NCBI GenBank assembly: GCA_963744145.1
Contig: CAVUSO010000001.1
Span: forward strand, 5,280,001-5,344,000
Length of the DNA: 64,000 nucleotides
Reading direction: 5' to 3'
Source of the DNA: an uncultured cyanobacterium
GTDB taxonomy: Bacteria > Cyanobacteriota > Cyanobacteriia > Cyanobacteriales > CAWUOF01
Below, piece by piece: positions 10,534 through 20,401 of this stretch; the stretch's first letter is position 1; each line of letters starts with the position of its first letter. Under the pieces are notes generated by a model. It had not been told where the DNA came from. It saw only the letters and a list, made by a program, of their open reading frames with translations, and searched no databases. The position numbers and the translations under genes were made by a program.

Positions 10534-12135
10534 ATGACAGAAGCACCGATATCACCAGTGGTGCTAGTCATCTTAGACGGCTGGGGTTATAGTGAAGCCC
10601 CCAACGGCAGTAATGCGATCGCCAGCGCGAAAACACCAGTGATGGATAGTCTCTGGGCTGCTTATCCGAGAACGACAATTCGCACTTCGGGCAAAGCTGT
10701 CGGTCTACCAGAAGGACAAATGGGCAACTCAGAAGTAGGGCATCTAAATATTGGTGCTGGGCGAGTAGTACCCCAGGAATTAGTCAGAATATCTGATGCG
10801 ATCGAAGATGGCAGTATCCGGAATAACCCGGCTCTAGTCCAAGTTTGTCAGGATGTGCGTCAGCGTTCTAGCAAACTCCACTTGGTGGGATTATGTTCAG
10901 AAGGTGGTGTTCACTCCCATCTTAAACATCTGTTTGGATTGTTGGATTTAGCCAAGAGCCAAGCAGTAACGGATGTTTGTATTCACGCGATTGGAGATGG
11001 TCGTGATACCTCACCAAAAGAAGGGATTGAAGCAATTACTAAGTTGCAAGCATATATTGACCAGATTGGACTCGGAAGAATTGTGACCTTGAGTGGTCGT
11101 TACTATGCGATGGATCGGGATCATCGCTGGGATCGCACTCAACTTGCTTACAATGTGATGACTCAAGATGGCGAGGGCAATGGTCGCAGTGTGATCGAAG
11201 TTTGGCAAGCTGCTTATGATCAAGGAGTGACGGATGAGTTTATTATTCCCACTCGCATTGCTCCGGGCGCAGTAGCACCAGGAGATGGTGTGATATTTTT
11301 TAACTTCCGACCCGATCGGGCTAGACAGTTAACTCAGGCTTTTGTTGATCCCTCTTTTGCCGGATTTACTAGGACTGAGATCAAACCGTTAACTTTTGTC
11401 ACCCTGACTCAGTATGATCCCGGATTGCCAGTCTTAGTCGCTTTTGAACCTCAAAACCTCAATAATATCCTCGGAGAAGTAATCTCTAAAAATGGTCTGC
11501 GTCAATTGCGGACAGCGGAAACGGAAAAGTATGCTCATGTCACTTACTTTTTTAATGGTGGCTTAGAAGACCCATTTCCTGGAGAAGACCGAGTCTTAGT
11601 ACCTAGTCCGATGGTGGCAACCTATGATCAAGCACCTCAAATGTCAGCTCAAGCAGTGACAGATGGGGCGATCGCTGCGGTGGAGAAGCAAATTTATGCT
11701 TTCATTGCCATTAACTATGCTAATCCAGATATGGTCGGCCATACTGGCGATATTCCCGCGACAATTGAAGCGATCGAAACAGTCGATCGCTGTTTAGGAC
11801 AGTTAATAGCCAGCATTAGTCGAGTTGGGGGAACAACGATGATTATTGCTGATCATGGTAATGCTGAATGTATGCGGGATGAAAAAGGGAATCCTTGGAC
11901 AGCGCATACAACTAACCCCGTTCCGTTTATTCTGATCGAGGGAGAAGGGTTAAAAATTCCTGGACATGGTACTGATGTACCGCTACGGACTGATGGCTGT
12001 TTAGCGGATATAGCACCGACTATCCTAGAAATTTTAAAGCTACCCCAACCCAAAGAAATGACGGGTCGTTCGATGATTGAAACCGCAGAATTCAATGTCC
12101 AACCTAGCCGTACCCCAGTACGAGTGCGTTTGTAA
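10534..12135 (+). CDS. gpmI: 2,3-bisphosphoglycerate-independent phosphoglycerate mutase
   Basis: PVVLVILDGWG, GQMGNSEVGH, AETEKYAHVT, DMVGHTG, ADHGNAE; ATG 10534 follows an AAGGAG RBS. Confidence 0.97.
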   Translation: MTEAPISPVVLVILDGWGYSEAPNGSNAIASAKTPVMDSLWAAYPRTTIRTSGKAVGLPEGQMGNSEVGHLNIGAGRVVPQELVRISDAIEDGSIRNNPALVQVCQDVRQRSSKLHLVGLCSEGGVHSHLKHLFGLLDLAKSQAVTDVCIHAIGDGRDTSPKEGIEAITKLQAYIDQIGLGRIVTLSGRYYAMDRDHRWDRTQLAYNVMTQDGEGNGRSVIEVWQAAYDQGVTDEFIIPTRIAPGAVAPGDGVIFFNFRPDRARQLTQAFVDPSFAGFTRTEIKPLTFVTLTQYDPGLPVLVAFEPQNLNNILGEVISKNGLRQLRTAETEKYAHVTYFFNGGLEDPFPGEDRVLVPSPMVATYDQAPQMSAQAVTDGAIAAVEKQIYAFIAINYANPDMVGHTGDIPATIEAIETVDRCLGQLIASISRVGGTTMIIADHGNAECMRDEKGNPWTAHTTNPVPFILIEGEGLKIPGHGTDVPLRTDGCLADIAPTILEILKLPQPKEMTGRSMIETAEFNVQPSRTPVRVRL

Positions 12136-12213
12136 GGGATAGATTTTTTGGGTTGCTGATGCTGACCAGATTACTAAAATCCCCACTGTTAAAACTTATA
12201 CCTGACCAACACA

Positions 12214-12438
12214 ATGACCGTTACTACTTTTCTCAAAGCAATTTGGCTTTTATCTGCTCTAGGTCTCATCATCTTTGTACTTCTGCACAGTCCGAAAGGT
12301 GATGGGATTGGGATTGGTGGACAAGCACAAATGTTTACCAGTGCAAAAAGTGCGGAAACAACCTTAAACCGTATTACCTGGACGCTCAGTATTGTTTTTA
12401 TGGGCATAACAGTAATTTTGAGTGCAGGTTGGTTGTAA
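12214..12438 (+). CDS. secG: Preprotein translocase subunit SecG
   Basis: VLLHSPKGDG..GGQAQ.FTSAKSAETTLNRITW; canonical position after gpmI in cyanobacteria. Confidence 0.93.
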   Translation: MTVTTFLKAIWLLSALGLIIFVLLHSPKGDGIGIGGQAQMFTSAKSAETTLNRITWTLSIVFMGITVILSAGWL

Positions 12439-12502
12439 TCTAACTAAAGTGGTAAAATTCAAACCTCCGTGTTTAATTCTGATTGGGTTAGCAATCAAAA
12501 CC

Positions 12503-12531
12503 GTAGGGGCGAATTGTTTTCGCGCCCCTAC
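12503..12531. repeat. REP-like GTAG hairpin
   Basis: gtaggggcgaattgttttcgcgcccctac; related copies at 47596, 52761 and 53105. Confidence 0.8.
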
Positions 12532-12665
12532 AAAATAATTCGCCTTTTTCAGAAAAGAATTGCTTCTAACTAGTGAATATCTAATGGCTTTGCTAAATTA
12601 AAAAGATGCCATAACTGTCAATTTACGCTTAGAGCTACTGACAATAGTAAGTGGTGAAAGTTTAG

Positions 12666-13451
12666 TTAAATAGTATCTGGATCTATATTTAATTCTCGTA
12701 GTTTAGCCGCTAAACGTTCAGCTCGTTGAGATGCCTGTTGGGCTCGTTGAGATTCTTGTTGGGCTCGTTGAGATTCTTGTTGGGCTCGTTGAGATTCTTG
12801 TTGGGCTCGTTGAGATTCTTGTTGGGCTCGTTGAGATTCCTGTTCGGCGGTTTCTTCTGGTGTTGGTACTAATTTCCCAACTGATGTAAAAAATCTTAAC
12901 ATTCTGTGATGAATTCCTAAATATAACCCTAACTGTTGACTCCACAGATGTCCTTTTGGATTTGGTTCTAGAGGTTGATATTTACCATCGACTAAATGAA
13001 ACCCAGCAAATTCTAGGGTATAGGGATCGAACCAAAAATAATCTGGTGTCTGAAATATGTCTTGATAAATTTCTTTCTTTTCCCCTTTGTCATTGTTCGC
13101 GGTTGATGGCGATAAAATTTCCAGAATCACATTGGGATATTGATCATTTTCTTCCCACACTACCCAACTTTTCCGGACTTTGCGCTCCGTATCCAATACT
13201 ACAAAAAAATCTGGTCCCCGGCTGTCGTTGGTTTTACTTTGCTGGGAACTATAGTAGATGGTTAGGTTGCCCGCAGCATAAAAATCAGTTCGGTTTCGCC
13301 ATAACCATTTGAGACATTTGAGTAAGAGCATAATTTGCTCTAGATGTAGTTCACTTTCCAAGGGAGGCTCATCGCTATATATACCACTTGGGGAAACGAT
13401 ATCATTTGGGATAATCGCTTGGGAAGATTCTAATTCTTTAGCAATAGTCAT
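12666..13451 (-). CDS. Uma2/DUF820 family PD-(D/E)xK endonuclease, array copy 1 (6 heptad repeats)
   Basis: SDEPPLESELH, GPDFFVV, PNVILEILSPST, YFWFDP, C-terminal AERLAAKLRELNIDPD; start MTIAK. Confidence 0.92.
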   Translation of the reverse strand: MTIAKELESSQAIIPNDIVSPSGIYSDEPPLESELHLEQIMLLLKCLKWLWRNRTDFYAAGNLTIYYSSQQSKTNDSRGPDFFVVLDTERKVRKSWVVWEENDQYPNVILEILSPSTANNDKGEKKEIYQDIFQTPDYFWFDPYTLEFAGFHLVDGKYQPLEPNPKGHLWSQQLGLYLGIHHRMLRFFTSVGKLVPTPEETAEQESQRAQQESQRAQQESQRAQQESQRAQQESQRAQQASQRAERLAAKLRELNIDPDTI

Positions 13452-13550
13452 AATTGAGATAATTGGATTTATTAGTTTATGGTAATACAATAGTCTAGGC
13501 AGCTTTTAGGTCGCTGTCTGAAAACCTTAATTTGACATTGACAAAGCTAT

Positions 13551-13667
13551 GGGATAATCACCAATACTAAATCAGGTTTTTTTTGTTCGAGTTCCGATCA
13601 GGTTTTTCGTTCCGGAACCCATACCAGGAAGAAATCTGGTCTTCGGCTGTCCTTGAGCAATAGTCAT
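13551..13667 (-). pseudogene. Collapsed mini-Uma2 relic in the array spacer (also at ~14602-14718 and ~15633-15749)
   Basis: Minus strand reads ATGACTATTGCT joined to GACAGCCGAAGACCAGATTTCTTCCTGGTA..GAACGAAAA (PDFFLV..ERK) and CCTGATTTAGTATTGGTGATT (PDLVLVI), matching separate segments of the Uma2 gene. Confidence 0.65.
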
Positions 13668-13758
13668 TGCTTGACAGAATGGGATTGAGCAGTTAATTTT
13701 AGCAATTGATTGAGGAAAGCCAAGATACCTAGCCCACATTTAGCAGTAGTCAGGTTGC

Positions 13759-14502
13759 CTAAATAGTATCCGGATCTATATTTAATTCTCGCAGTTTAGC
13801 CGCTAAACGTTCAGCTCGTTGAGATGCCTGTTGGGCTCGTTGAGATTCTTGTTGGGCTCGTTGAGATTCTTGTTGGGCTCGTTGAGATTCCTGTTCGGCG
13901 GTTTCTTCTGGTGTTGGTACTAATTTCCCAACTGATGTAAAAAATCTTAACATTCTGTGATGAATTCCTAAATATAACCCTAACTGTTGACTCCACAGAT
14001 GTCCTTTTGGATTTGGCTCTAGGGGTTGATATTTACCATCGACTAAATGGAACCCAGCAAATTCTAGGGTGTAGGGATCGAACCAAAAATAATCTGGTGT
14101 CTGAAATATGTCTTGATAAATTTCTTTCTTTTCCCCTTTGTCATTGTTCGCGGTTGATGGCGATAAAATTTCCAGAATCACATTGGGATATTGATCATTT
14201 TCTTCCCACACTACCCAACTTTTCCGGACTTTGCGCTCCGTATCCAATACTACAAAAAAATCTGGTCCCCGGCTGTCGTTGGTTTTACTTTGCTGGGAAC
14301 TATAGTAGATGGTTAGGTTGCCCGCAGCATAAAAATCAGTTCGGTCTCGCCATAACCATTTGAGACATTTGAGTAAGAGCATAATTTGCTCTAGATGTAG
14401 TTCACTTTCCAAAGGAGGCTCATCGCTATATATACCACTTGGGGAAACGATATCATTTGGGATAATCGCTTGGGAAGATTCTAGTTCTTTAGCAATAGTC
14501 AT
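13759..14502 (-). CDS. Uma2/DUF820 family endonuclease, array copy 2 (4 heptad repeats)
   Basis: Near-identical to copy 1; frame intact. Confidence 0.92.
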   Translation of the reverse strand: MTIAKELESSQAIIPNDIVSPSGIYSDEPPLESELHLEQIMLLLKCLKWLWRDRTDFYAAGNLTIYYSSQQSKTNDSRGPDFFVVLDTERKVRKSWVVWEENDQYPNVILEILSPSTANNDKGEKKEIYQDIFQTPDYFWFDPYTLEFAGFHLVDGKYQPLEPNPKGHLWSQQLGLYLGIHHRMLRFFTSVGKLVPTPEETAEQESQRAQQESQRAQQESQRAQQASQRAERLAAKLRELNIDPDTI

Positions 14503-14809
14503 AATTGAGATAATTGGATTTATTAGTTTATGGTAATGCAATAGTCTAGGCAGCTTTTAGGTCGCTGTCTGAAAACCTTAATTTGACATTGACAAAGCTA
14601 TGGGATAGTCACCAATACTAAATCAGGTTTTTTTTGTTCGAGTTCCGATCAGGTTTTCCGTTCCGGAACCCATACCAGGAAAAAATCTGGTCTTCGGCTG
14701 TCCTTGAGCAATAGTCATCGCTTGACAAAATGGGATTGAGCAGTTAATTTTAGCAATTGATTGAGGAAAGCCAAGATACCTAGCCCACATTTAGCAGTAG
14801 TCAGGTTGC

Positions 14810-15533
14810 CTAAATAGTATCCGGATCTATATTTAATTCTCGCAGTTTAGCCGCTAAACGTTCAGCTCGTTGAGATTCCTGTTCGGCTCGTTGAGATTCC
14901 TGTTCGGCTCGTTGAGATTCCTGTTCAGCAGTTTCTTCTGGTGTTGGTACTAATTTCCCAACTGATGTAAAAAATCTTAACATTCTGTGATGAATTCCTA
15001 AATATAACCCTAATTGTTGACTCCACAGATGTCCTTTTGGATTTGGTTCTAGGGGTTGATATTTACCATCGACTAAATGAAACCCAGCAAATTCTAGGGT
15101 GTAGGGATCAAACCAAAAATAATCTGGTGTCTGAAATATGTCTTGATAAATTTCTTTCTTTTCCCCTTTGTCATTGTTCGCGGTTGATGGCGATAAAATT
15201 TCCAGAATCACATTGGGATATTGATCATTTTCTTCCCACACTACCCAACTTTTCCGGACTTTGCGCTCCGTATCCAATACTACAAAAAAATCTGGTCCCC
15301 GGCTGTCGTTGGTTTTACTTTGCTGGGAACTATAGTAGATGGTTAGGTTGCCCGCAGCATAAAAATCAGTTCGGTCTCGACCATAACCATTTGAGACATT
15401 TGAGTAAGAGCATAATTTGCTCTAGATGTAGTTCACTTTCCAAGGGAGGCTCATCGCTATATATACCACTTGGGGAAACGATATCATTTGGGATAATCGC
15501 TTGGGAAGATTCTAATTCTTTAGCAATAGTCAT
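14810..15533 (-). pseudogene. Uma2/DUF820 endonuclease, array copy 3, frameshifted (3 heptad repeats)
   Basis: Extra A at ~15380 (tctcgaccat versus tctcgccat) splits the gene into ORFs 15366-15572 and 14810-15277. Confidence 0.85.
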
Positions 15534-15840
15534 AATTGAGATAATTGGATTTATTAGTTTATGGTAATACAATAGTCTAGGCAGCTTTTAGGTCGCTGTC
15601 TGAAAACCTTAATTTGACATTGACAAAGCTATGGGATAATCACCAATACTAAATCAGGTTTTTTTTGTTCGAGTTCCGATCAGGTTTTTCGTTCCGGAAC
15701 CCATACCAGGAAAAAATCTGGTCTTCGGCTGTCCTTGAGCAATAGTCATTGCTTGACAGAATGGGATTGAGCAGTTAATTTTAGCAATTGATTGAGGAAA
15801 GCCAAGATACCTAGCCCACATTTAGCAGTAGTCAGGTTGC

Positions 15841-16605
15841 CTAAATAGTATCCGGATCTATATTTAATTCTCGCAGTTTAGCCGCTAAACGTTCAGCTCG
15901 TTGAGATGCCTGTTCGGCTCGTTGAGATGCCTGTTCGGCTCGTTGAGATTCTTGTTGGGCTCGTTGAGATTCTTGTTGGGCTCGTTGAGATTCCTGTTCG
16001 GCGGTTTCTTCTGGTGTTGGTACTAATTTCCCAACTGATGTAAAAAATCTTAACATTCTGTGATGAATTCCTAAATATAACCCTAATTGTTGACTCCACA
16101 GATGTCCTTTTGGATTTGGTTCTAGGGGTTGATATTTACCATCGACTAAATGAAACCCAGCAAATTCTAGGGTGTAGGGATCAAACCAAAAATAATCTGG
16201 TGTCCGAAATATGTCTTGATAAATTTCTTTCTTTTCCCCTTTGTCATTGTTCGCGGTTGATGGCGATAAAATTTCCAGAATCACATTGGGATATTGATCA
16301 TTTTCTTCCCACACTACCCAACTTTTCCGGACTTTGCGCTCCGTATCCAATACTACAAAAAAATCTGGTCCCCGGCTGTTGTTGGTTTTACTTTGCTGGG
16401 AACTATAGTAGATGGTTAGGTTGCCCGCAGCATAAAAATCAGTTTGGTCTCGCCATAACCATTTGAGACATTTGAGTAAGAGCATAATTTGCTCTAGATG
16501 TAGTTCGCTTTCCAAGGGAGGCTCGTCGCTATATATACCACTTGGGGAAACGATATCATTTGGGATAATCGCTTGGGAAGATTCTAGTTCTTTAGCAATA
16601 GTCAT
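15841..16605 (-). CDS. Uma2/DUF820 family endonuclease, array copy 4 (5 heptad repeats)
   Basis: Intact and near-identical to copies 1 and 2. Confidence 0.92.
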   Translation of the reverse strand: MTIAKELESSQAIIPNDIVSPSGIYSDEPPLESELHLEQIMLLLKCLKWLWRDQTDFYAAGNLTIYYSSQQSKTNNSRGPDFFVVLDTERKVRKSWVVWEENDQYPNVILEILSPSTANNDKGEKKEIYQDIFRTPDYFWFDPYTLEFAGFHLVDGKYQPLEPNPKGHLWSQQLGLYLGIHHRMLRFFTSVGKLVPTPEETAEQESQRAQQESQRAQQESQRAEQASQRAEQASQRAERLAAKLRELNIDPDTI

Positions 16606-16784
16606 AATTGAGATAATTGGATTTATTAGTTTATGGTAATGTAATAGTCTAGGCAGCTTTTAGGTCGCTGTCTGAAAACCTTAATTTGACATTGACAAAG
16701 CCGAATGGAATTGAGCAGTTAATTTTAGCAATTGATTGAGGAAAGCCAAGATACCTAGCCCACATTTAGCAGTAGTCAGCTTGC

Positions 16785-17592
16785 CTAAATAGCATCTGGA
16801 TCTATATTTAATTCTCGCAGTTTAGCCGCTAAACGTTCAGCTCGTTGAGATTCCTGTTCGGCTCGTTGAGATTCCTGTTCAGCTCGTTGAGATTCCTGTT
16901 CGGCTCGTTGAGATTCCTGTTCGGCTCGTTGAGATTCCTGTTCGGCTCGTTGAGATTCCTGTTCGGCTCGTTGAGATTCCTGTTCAGCAGTTTCTTCTGG
17001 TGTTGGTACTAATTTCCCAACTGATGTAAAAAATCTTAACATTCTGTGATGAATTCCTAAATATAACCCTAACTGTTGGCTCCACAGATGTCCTTTTGGA
17101 TTTGGTTCTAGGGGTTGATATTTACCATCGACTAAATGAAACCCAGCAAATTCTAGGGTGTAGGGATCGAACCAAAAATAATCTGGTGTCCGAAATATGT
17201 CTTGATAAATTTCTTTCTTTTCCCCTTTGTCATTGTTCGCGGTTGATGGCGATAAAATTTCCAGAATCATATTGGGATATTGATCATTTTCTTCCCACAC
17301 TACCCAACTTTTCCGGATTTTCCGTTCCGTATCCAATACTACAAAAAAATCTGGTCCCCGGCTGTCGTTGGTTTTACTTTGCTGGGAACTATAGTAGATG
17401 GTTAGGTTGCCCGCAGCATAAAAATCAGTTCGGTCTCGACCATAACCATTTGAGACATTTGAGTAAGAGCATAATTTGCTCTAGATGTAGTTCACTTTCC
17501 AAGGGAGGCTCGTCGCTATATATACCACTTGAGGAAACGATATCATTTGGGATAATCGCTTGGGAAGATTCTAGTTCTTTAGCAATAGTCAT
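16785..17592 (-). pseudogene. Uma2/DUF820 endonuclease, array copy 5, frameshifted (7 heptad repeats)
   Basis: Same extra A at ~17439; MTIAK start at 17592. Confidence 0.85.
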
Positions 17593-17647
17593 AATTGAGA
17601 TGATTCCATTTATTAGTTTATGGTAATGGTAAGTAATGTTATTTTAT

Positions 17648-17691
17648 AAAACGCAGAGCTTTTCCCTTTAAATGTAGGGATTAGCTCTGCG
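17648..17691 (-). terminator. Probable intrinsic terminator after ugd
   Basis: Hairpin cgcagagct...agctctgcg followed by a short T-run on the minus strand. Confidence 0.5.
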
Positions 17692-17702
17692 ATCGCTCCT
17701 AC

Positions 17703-19094
17703 TTAACGACCAATTCCTACATAACGGAAACCAGCACTTTCTAACAATTGCCGATCGAGGAAATTGCGACCATCAATCATCACACGATTATTCATCAACT
17801 TCGCCATTTTTGCGTAATCTAAATTCCGAAATTGTTGCCATTCTGTTACTAATAACAAAGCATCACAACCATCGGCTAAACGTTCAGCATCAGTTTCAAT
17901 AATTACCCCCGAAAAACCGTGCCGAATCCCGGTTTGGGAGACGATCGGATCGTAAGCTTTTACTTTAGCACCCAACCGATTGAGATGTTCAATAATATTC
18001 AAGGATGGTGCATCACGCATATCATCAGTATCTGGTTTAAATGTAAGTCCTAACAAACCCACAATTTTTCCTTTCAGAATTTTGAGTTCATGTTGCAGTT
18101 TTTCAATCACAATCAACCGTTGATGTTGATTAACTTCCACCGCAGATTTCAACAATTGAGCATTATAACCATAATCATCAGCCGTATGAATTAAAGCTGA
18201 GACATCTTTGGGAAAACAGAATCCTCCCCAACCAATTCCTGATTGCAAAAACTTATTACCAATGCGTGAATCTAACCCAATTCCCTTCGCTACTTGAATC
18301 ACATCCGCACCAACGCGATCGCAAATATTGGCAATTTCATTAATATAGCTAATTTTGGTCGCTAAAAACGAATTAGCCGCATATTTAATCATCTCTGCTG
18401 AACTGATATCAGTAATTACTACAGGTACTGGAGGTAAAGACTTATTTTCAGCAAACTTCCGTTCCACGATCGGACTATATAATTCCTGCATCATGTCTAA
18501 AGCTTTCTGACTATTACTACCCAATACGATCCGATCGGGGTTGAAAGTATCGTAAATTGCTGAACCTTCGCGTAAAAATTCCGGATTACTGACGACATCA
18601 AATTTAGCTACAATTTCTTTTTGGACTTCATTACCAACCCCATGATCTTCAGTGGTTAAAGATTTTTGACGTTCATCAATTCCATCTAAAACAATCCGTC
18701 TTACCCAGTCACCCGAACCAATCGGTACTGTCGATTTATTCACAATCACTTTATAACCATCATGGAGATGAGCTCCGATCCCGCGAGCTACAGCTTCTAC
18801 ATAACGAGTATCACTTTCACCTGTAGGTAAAGGAGGAGTACCTACAGCAATAAATAAAATATCACTTTTAGTTACACCATCACCTAAATCTGTGCTAAAT
18901 TCTAAACTGCCATTATTAGATGCTGACTGCATCAGTTCTGACAACCCCGGCTCAAAAATCGGAGACTGACCAGCCTTCATCAATTTTACTTTTTCTTCAT
19001 TATTATCGACACAAATTACCTGATGACCAATATGAGCCAAACAAACTCCTGTTACCAAACCAACATATCCCGTACCAATTACACATACACGCAT
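17703..19094 (-). CDS. ugd: UDP-glucose 6-dehydrogenase
   Basis: IGTGYVGL, VNKSTVP, SNPEFLREG, KYAANSFLA, GGxCFPKD, GLTFKPDTDDMR. Confidence 0.95.
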   Translation of the reverse strand: MRVCVIGTGYVGLVTGVCLAHIGHQVICVDNNEEKVKLMKAGQSPIFEPGLSELMQSASNNGSLEFSTDLGDGVTKSDILFIAVGTPPLPTGESDTRYVEAVARGIGAHLHDGYKVIVNKSTVPIGSGDWVRRIVLDGIDERQKSLTTEDHGVGNEVQKEIVAKFDVVSNPEFLREGSAIYDTFNPDRIVLGSNSQKALDMMQELYSPIVERKFAENKSLPPVPVVITDISSAEMIKYAANSFLATKISYINEIANICDRVGADVIQVAKGIGLDSRIGNKFLQSGIGWGGFCFPKDVSALIHTADDYGYNAQLLKSAVEVNQHQRLIVIEKLQHELKILKGKIVGLLGLTFKPDTDDMRDAPSLNIIEHLNRLGAKVKAYDPIVSQTGIRHGFSGVIIETDAERLADGCDALLLVTEWQQFRNLDYAKMAKLMNNRVMIDGRNFLDRQLLESAGFRYVGIGR

Positions 19095-19203
19095 ACTGTA
19101 AATCCTCCTTGTCAGAATTTAATGGTTGATCGTTAGCAGCAATATTCCTGGTTAAATGTTCCCTGATTTTTTAATTAAATTTCACTTATTCACGACCGTG
19201 CGA

Positions 19204-20145
19204 TTACGCTGATAATAAGCGATCGCGAAAATCTTCAATCATCAGCTTTAGTCCTTCTGGAAGGGAAATAGTTGGTTCCCAACCTAACCAAGTTTTAGCA
19301 CGAGTAATATCGGGTTGACGTTGACGAGGATCATCCTGGGGTAAAGGTTTATAGATAATCTCTGCGTTGGGATTGATCATGGCTTGGATTTGGTGTGCTA
19401 ACTCTAAAATTGTATATTCACCAGGGTTTCCCAAATTTACTGGTCCAATATGTTCCCCATCCATCAGACGTAATAATCCTTCTACCAGATCAGAAACATA
19501 ACAGAAACTGCGAGTTTGCGACCCATCTCCATATACAGTGAGAGGGATTCCTCGTAAAGCTTGAGCGACAAAATTACTAACTACTCGACCATCATTCTCC
19601 AACATTCGCGGTCCGTAGGTATTAAAAATCCGAGCCACCCGAATATCAACATGATTTTGACGATGATAATCGAAGGACAAAGTTTCTGCGACTCGCTTGC
19701 CTTCATCATAACAACTACGAAGTCCAATCATATTCACATTACCCCAATAATCTTCATTTTGGGGGTGAACATGGGGATCTCCATAAACTTCTGATGTAGA
19801 AGCAAGTAAAAAACGACCTTTGACTCGTTTGGCTAACCCTAACATATTCAAAGTTCCAATCACATTGGTTTTAATCGTTTTCACCGGATTAAATTGATAG
19901 TGGACTGGAGAAGCAGGACAAGCGAGATGAAAAATCCGATCTGCTTCTAATCGAATTGGTTCAGTCACATCATGTCGGATTAATTCAAAATCGGGATGAT
20001 CCAACCATTTCCTAATATTGCGCTTATTGCCCGTATAAAAATTATCCAAGCAAATCACTTCATGTCCAGCGGTCATTAGGCGATCGATCAGATGGGAGCC
20101 AATAAATCCAGCCCCACCAGTAACTAAAATTCTCATAGTTGTCAA
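19204..20145 (-). CDS. UDP-glucuronic acid decarboxylase (UDP-xylose synthase family)
   Basis: [44 protein letters not shown]. Confidence 0.93.
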   Translation of the reverse strand: MTTMRILVTGGAGFIGSHLIDRLMTAGHEVICLDNFYTGNKRNIRKWLDHPDFELIRHDVTEPIRLEADRIFHLACPASPVHYQFNPVKTIKTNVIGTLNMLGLAKRVKGRFLLASTSEVYGDPHVHPQNEDYWGNVNMIGLRSCYDEGKRVAETLSFDYHRQNHVDIRVARIFNTYGPRMLENDGRVVSNFVAQALRGIPLTVYGDGSQTRSFCYVSDLVEGLLRLMDGEHIGPVNLGNPGEYTILELAHQIQAMINPNAEIIYKPLPQDDPRQRQPDITRAKTWLGWEPTISLPEGLKLMIEDFRDRLLSA

Positions 20146-20318
20146 CTACCACCAGTGAATAGAACGACAAAATCATCTTACACAGGTTCTTAACCCAAAC
20201 CGGATCTTGTTAGTAAATTTGCGCTCAATCAGAGAAAAGATATTAAGAAAATCTAGTTTTTGTCGCATAGCGTATTTATTCTCACTCCAGCTTTACTCTA
20301 AATTAGCTTGCTGAATAA

Positions 20319-20350
20319 CAAAAAAGCGTCTGAATAACTATTCAGAACGC
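20319..20350 (-). terminator. Probable intrinsic terminator of lepA
   Basis: Hairpin gcgtctgaata-ac-tattcagaacgc preceded by an A-run (T-run on the minus strand). Confidence 0.55.
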
Positions 20351-20401
20351 ATAATTTATGAAATCTTTAAACTTGCTGTCCCAAGCTTGGGCAAAAGGAG
20401 A

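Noticed and set aside
12718..17626. Alternative-frame and antisense ORFs repeated in the Uma2 array (MESTVRV..., MDLVL...)
   Set aside because: Shadow ORFs that recur only because the unit is repeated; no independent coding evidence.
12666..17630. Diversity-generating retroelement (TR/VR pair)
   Set aside because: No reverse transcriptase is present, and differences between copies are sparse, mostly silent and not confined to adenines in one region.
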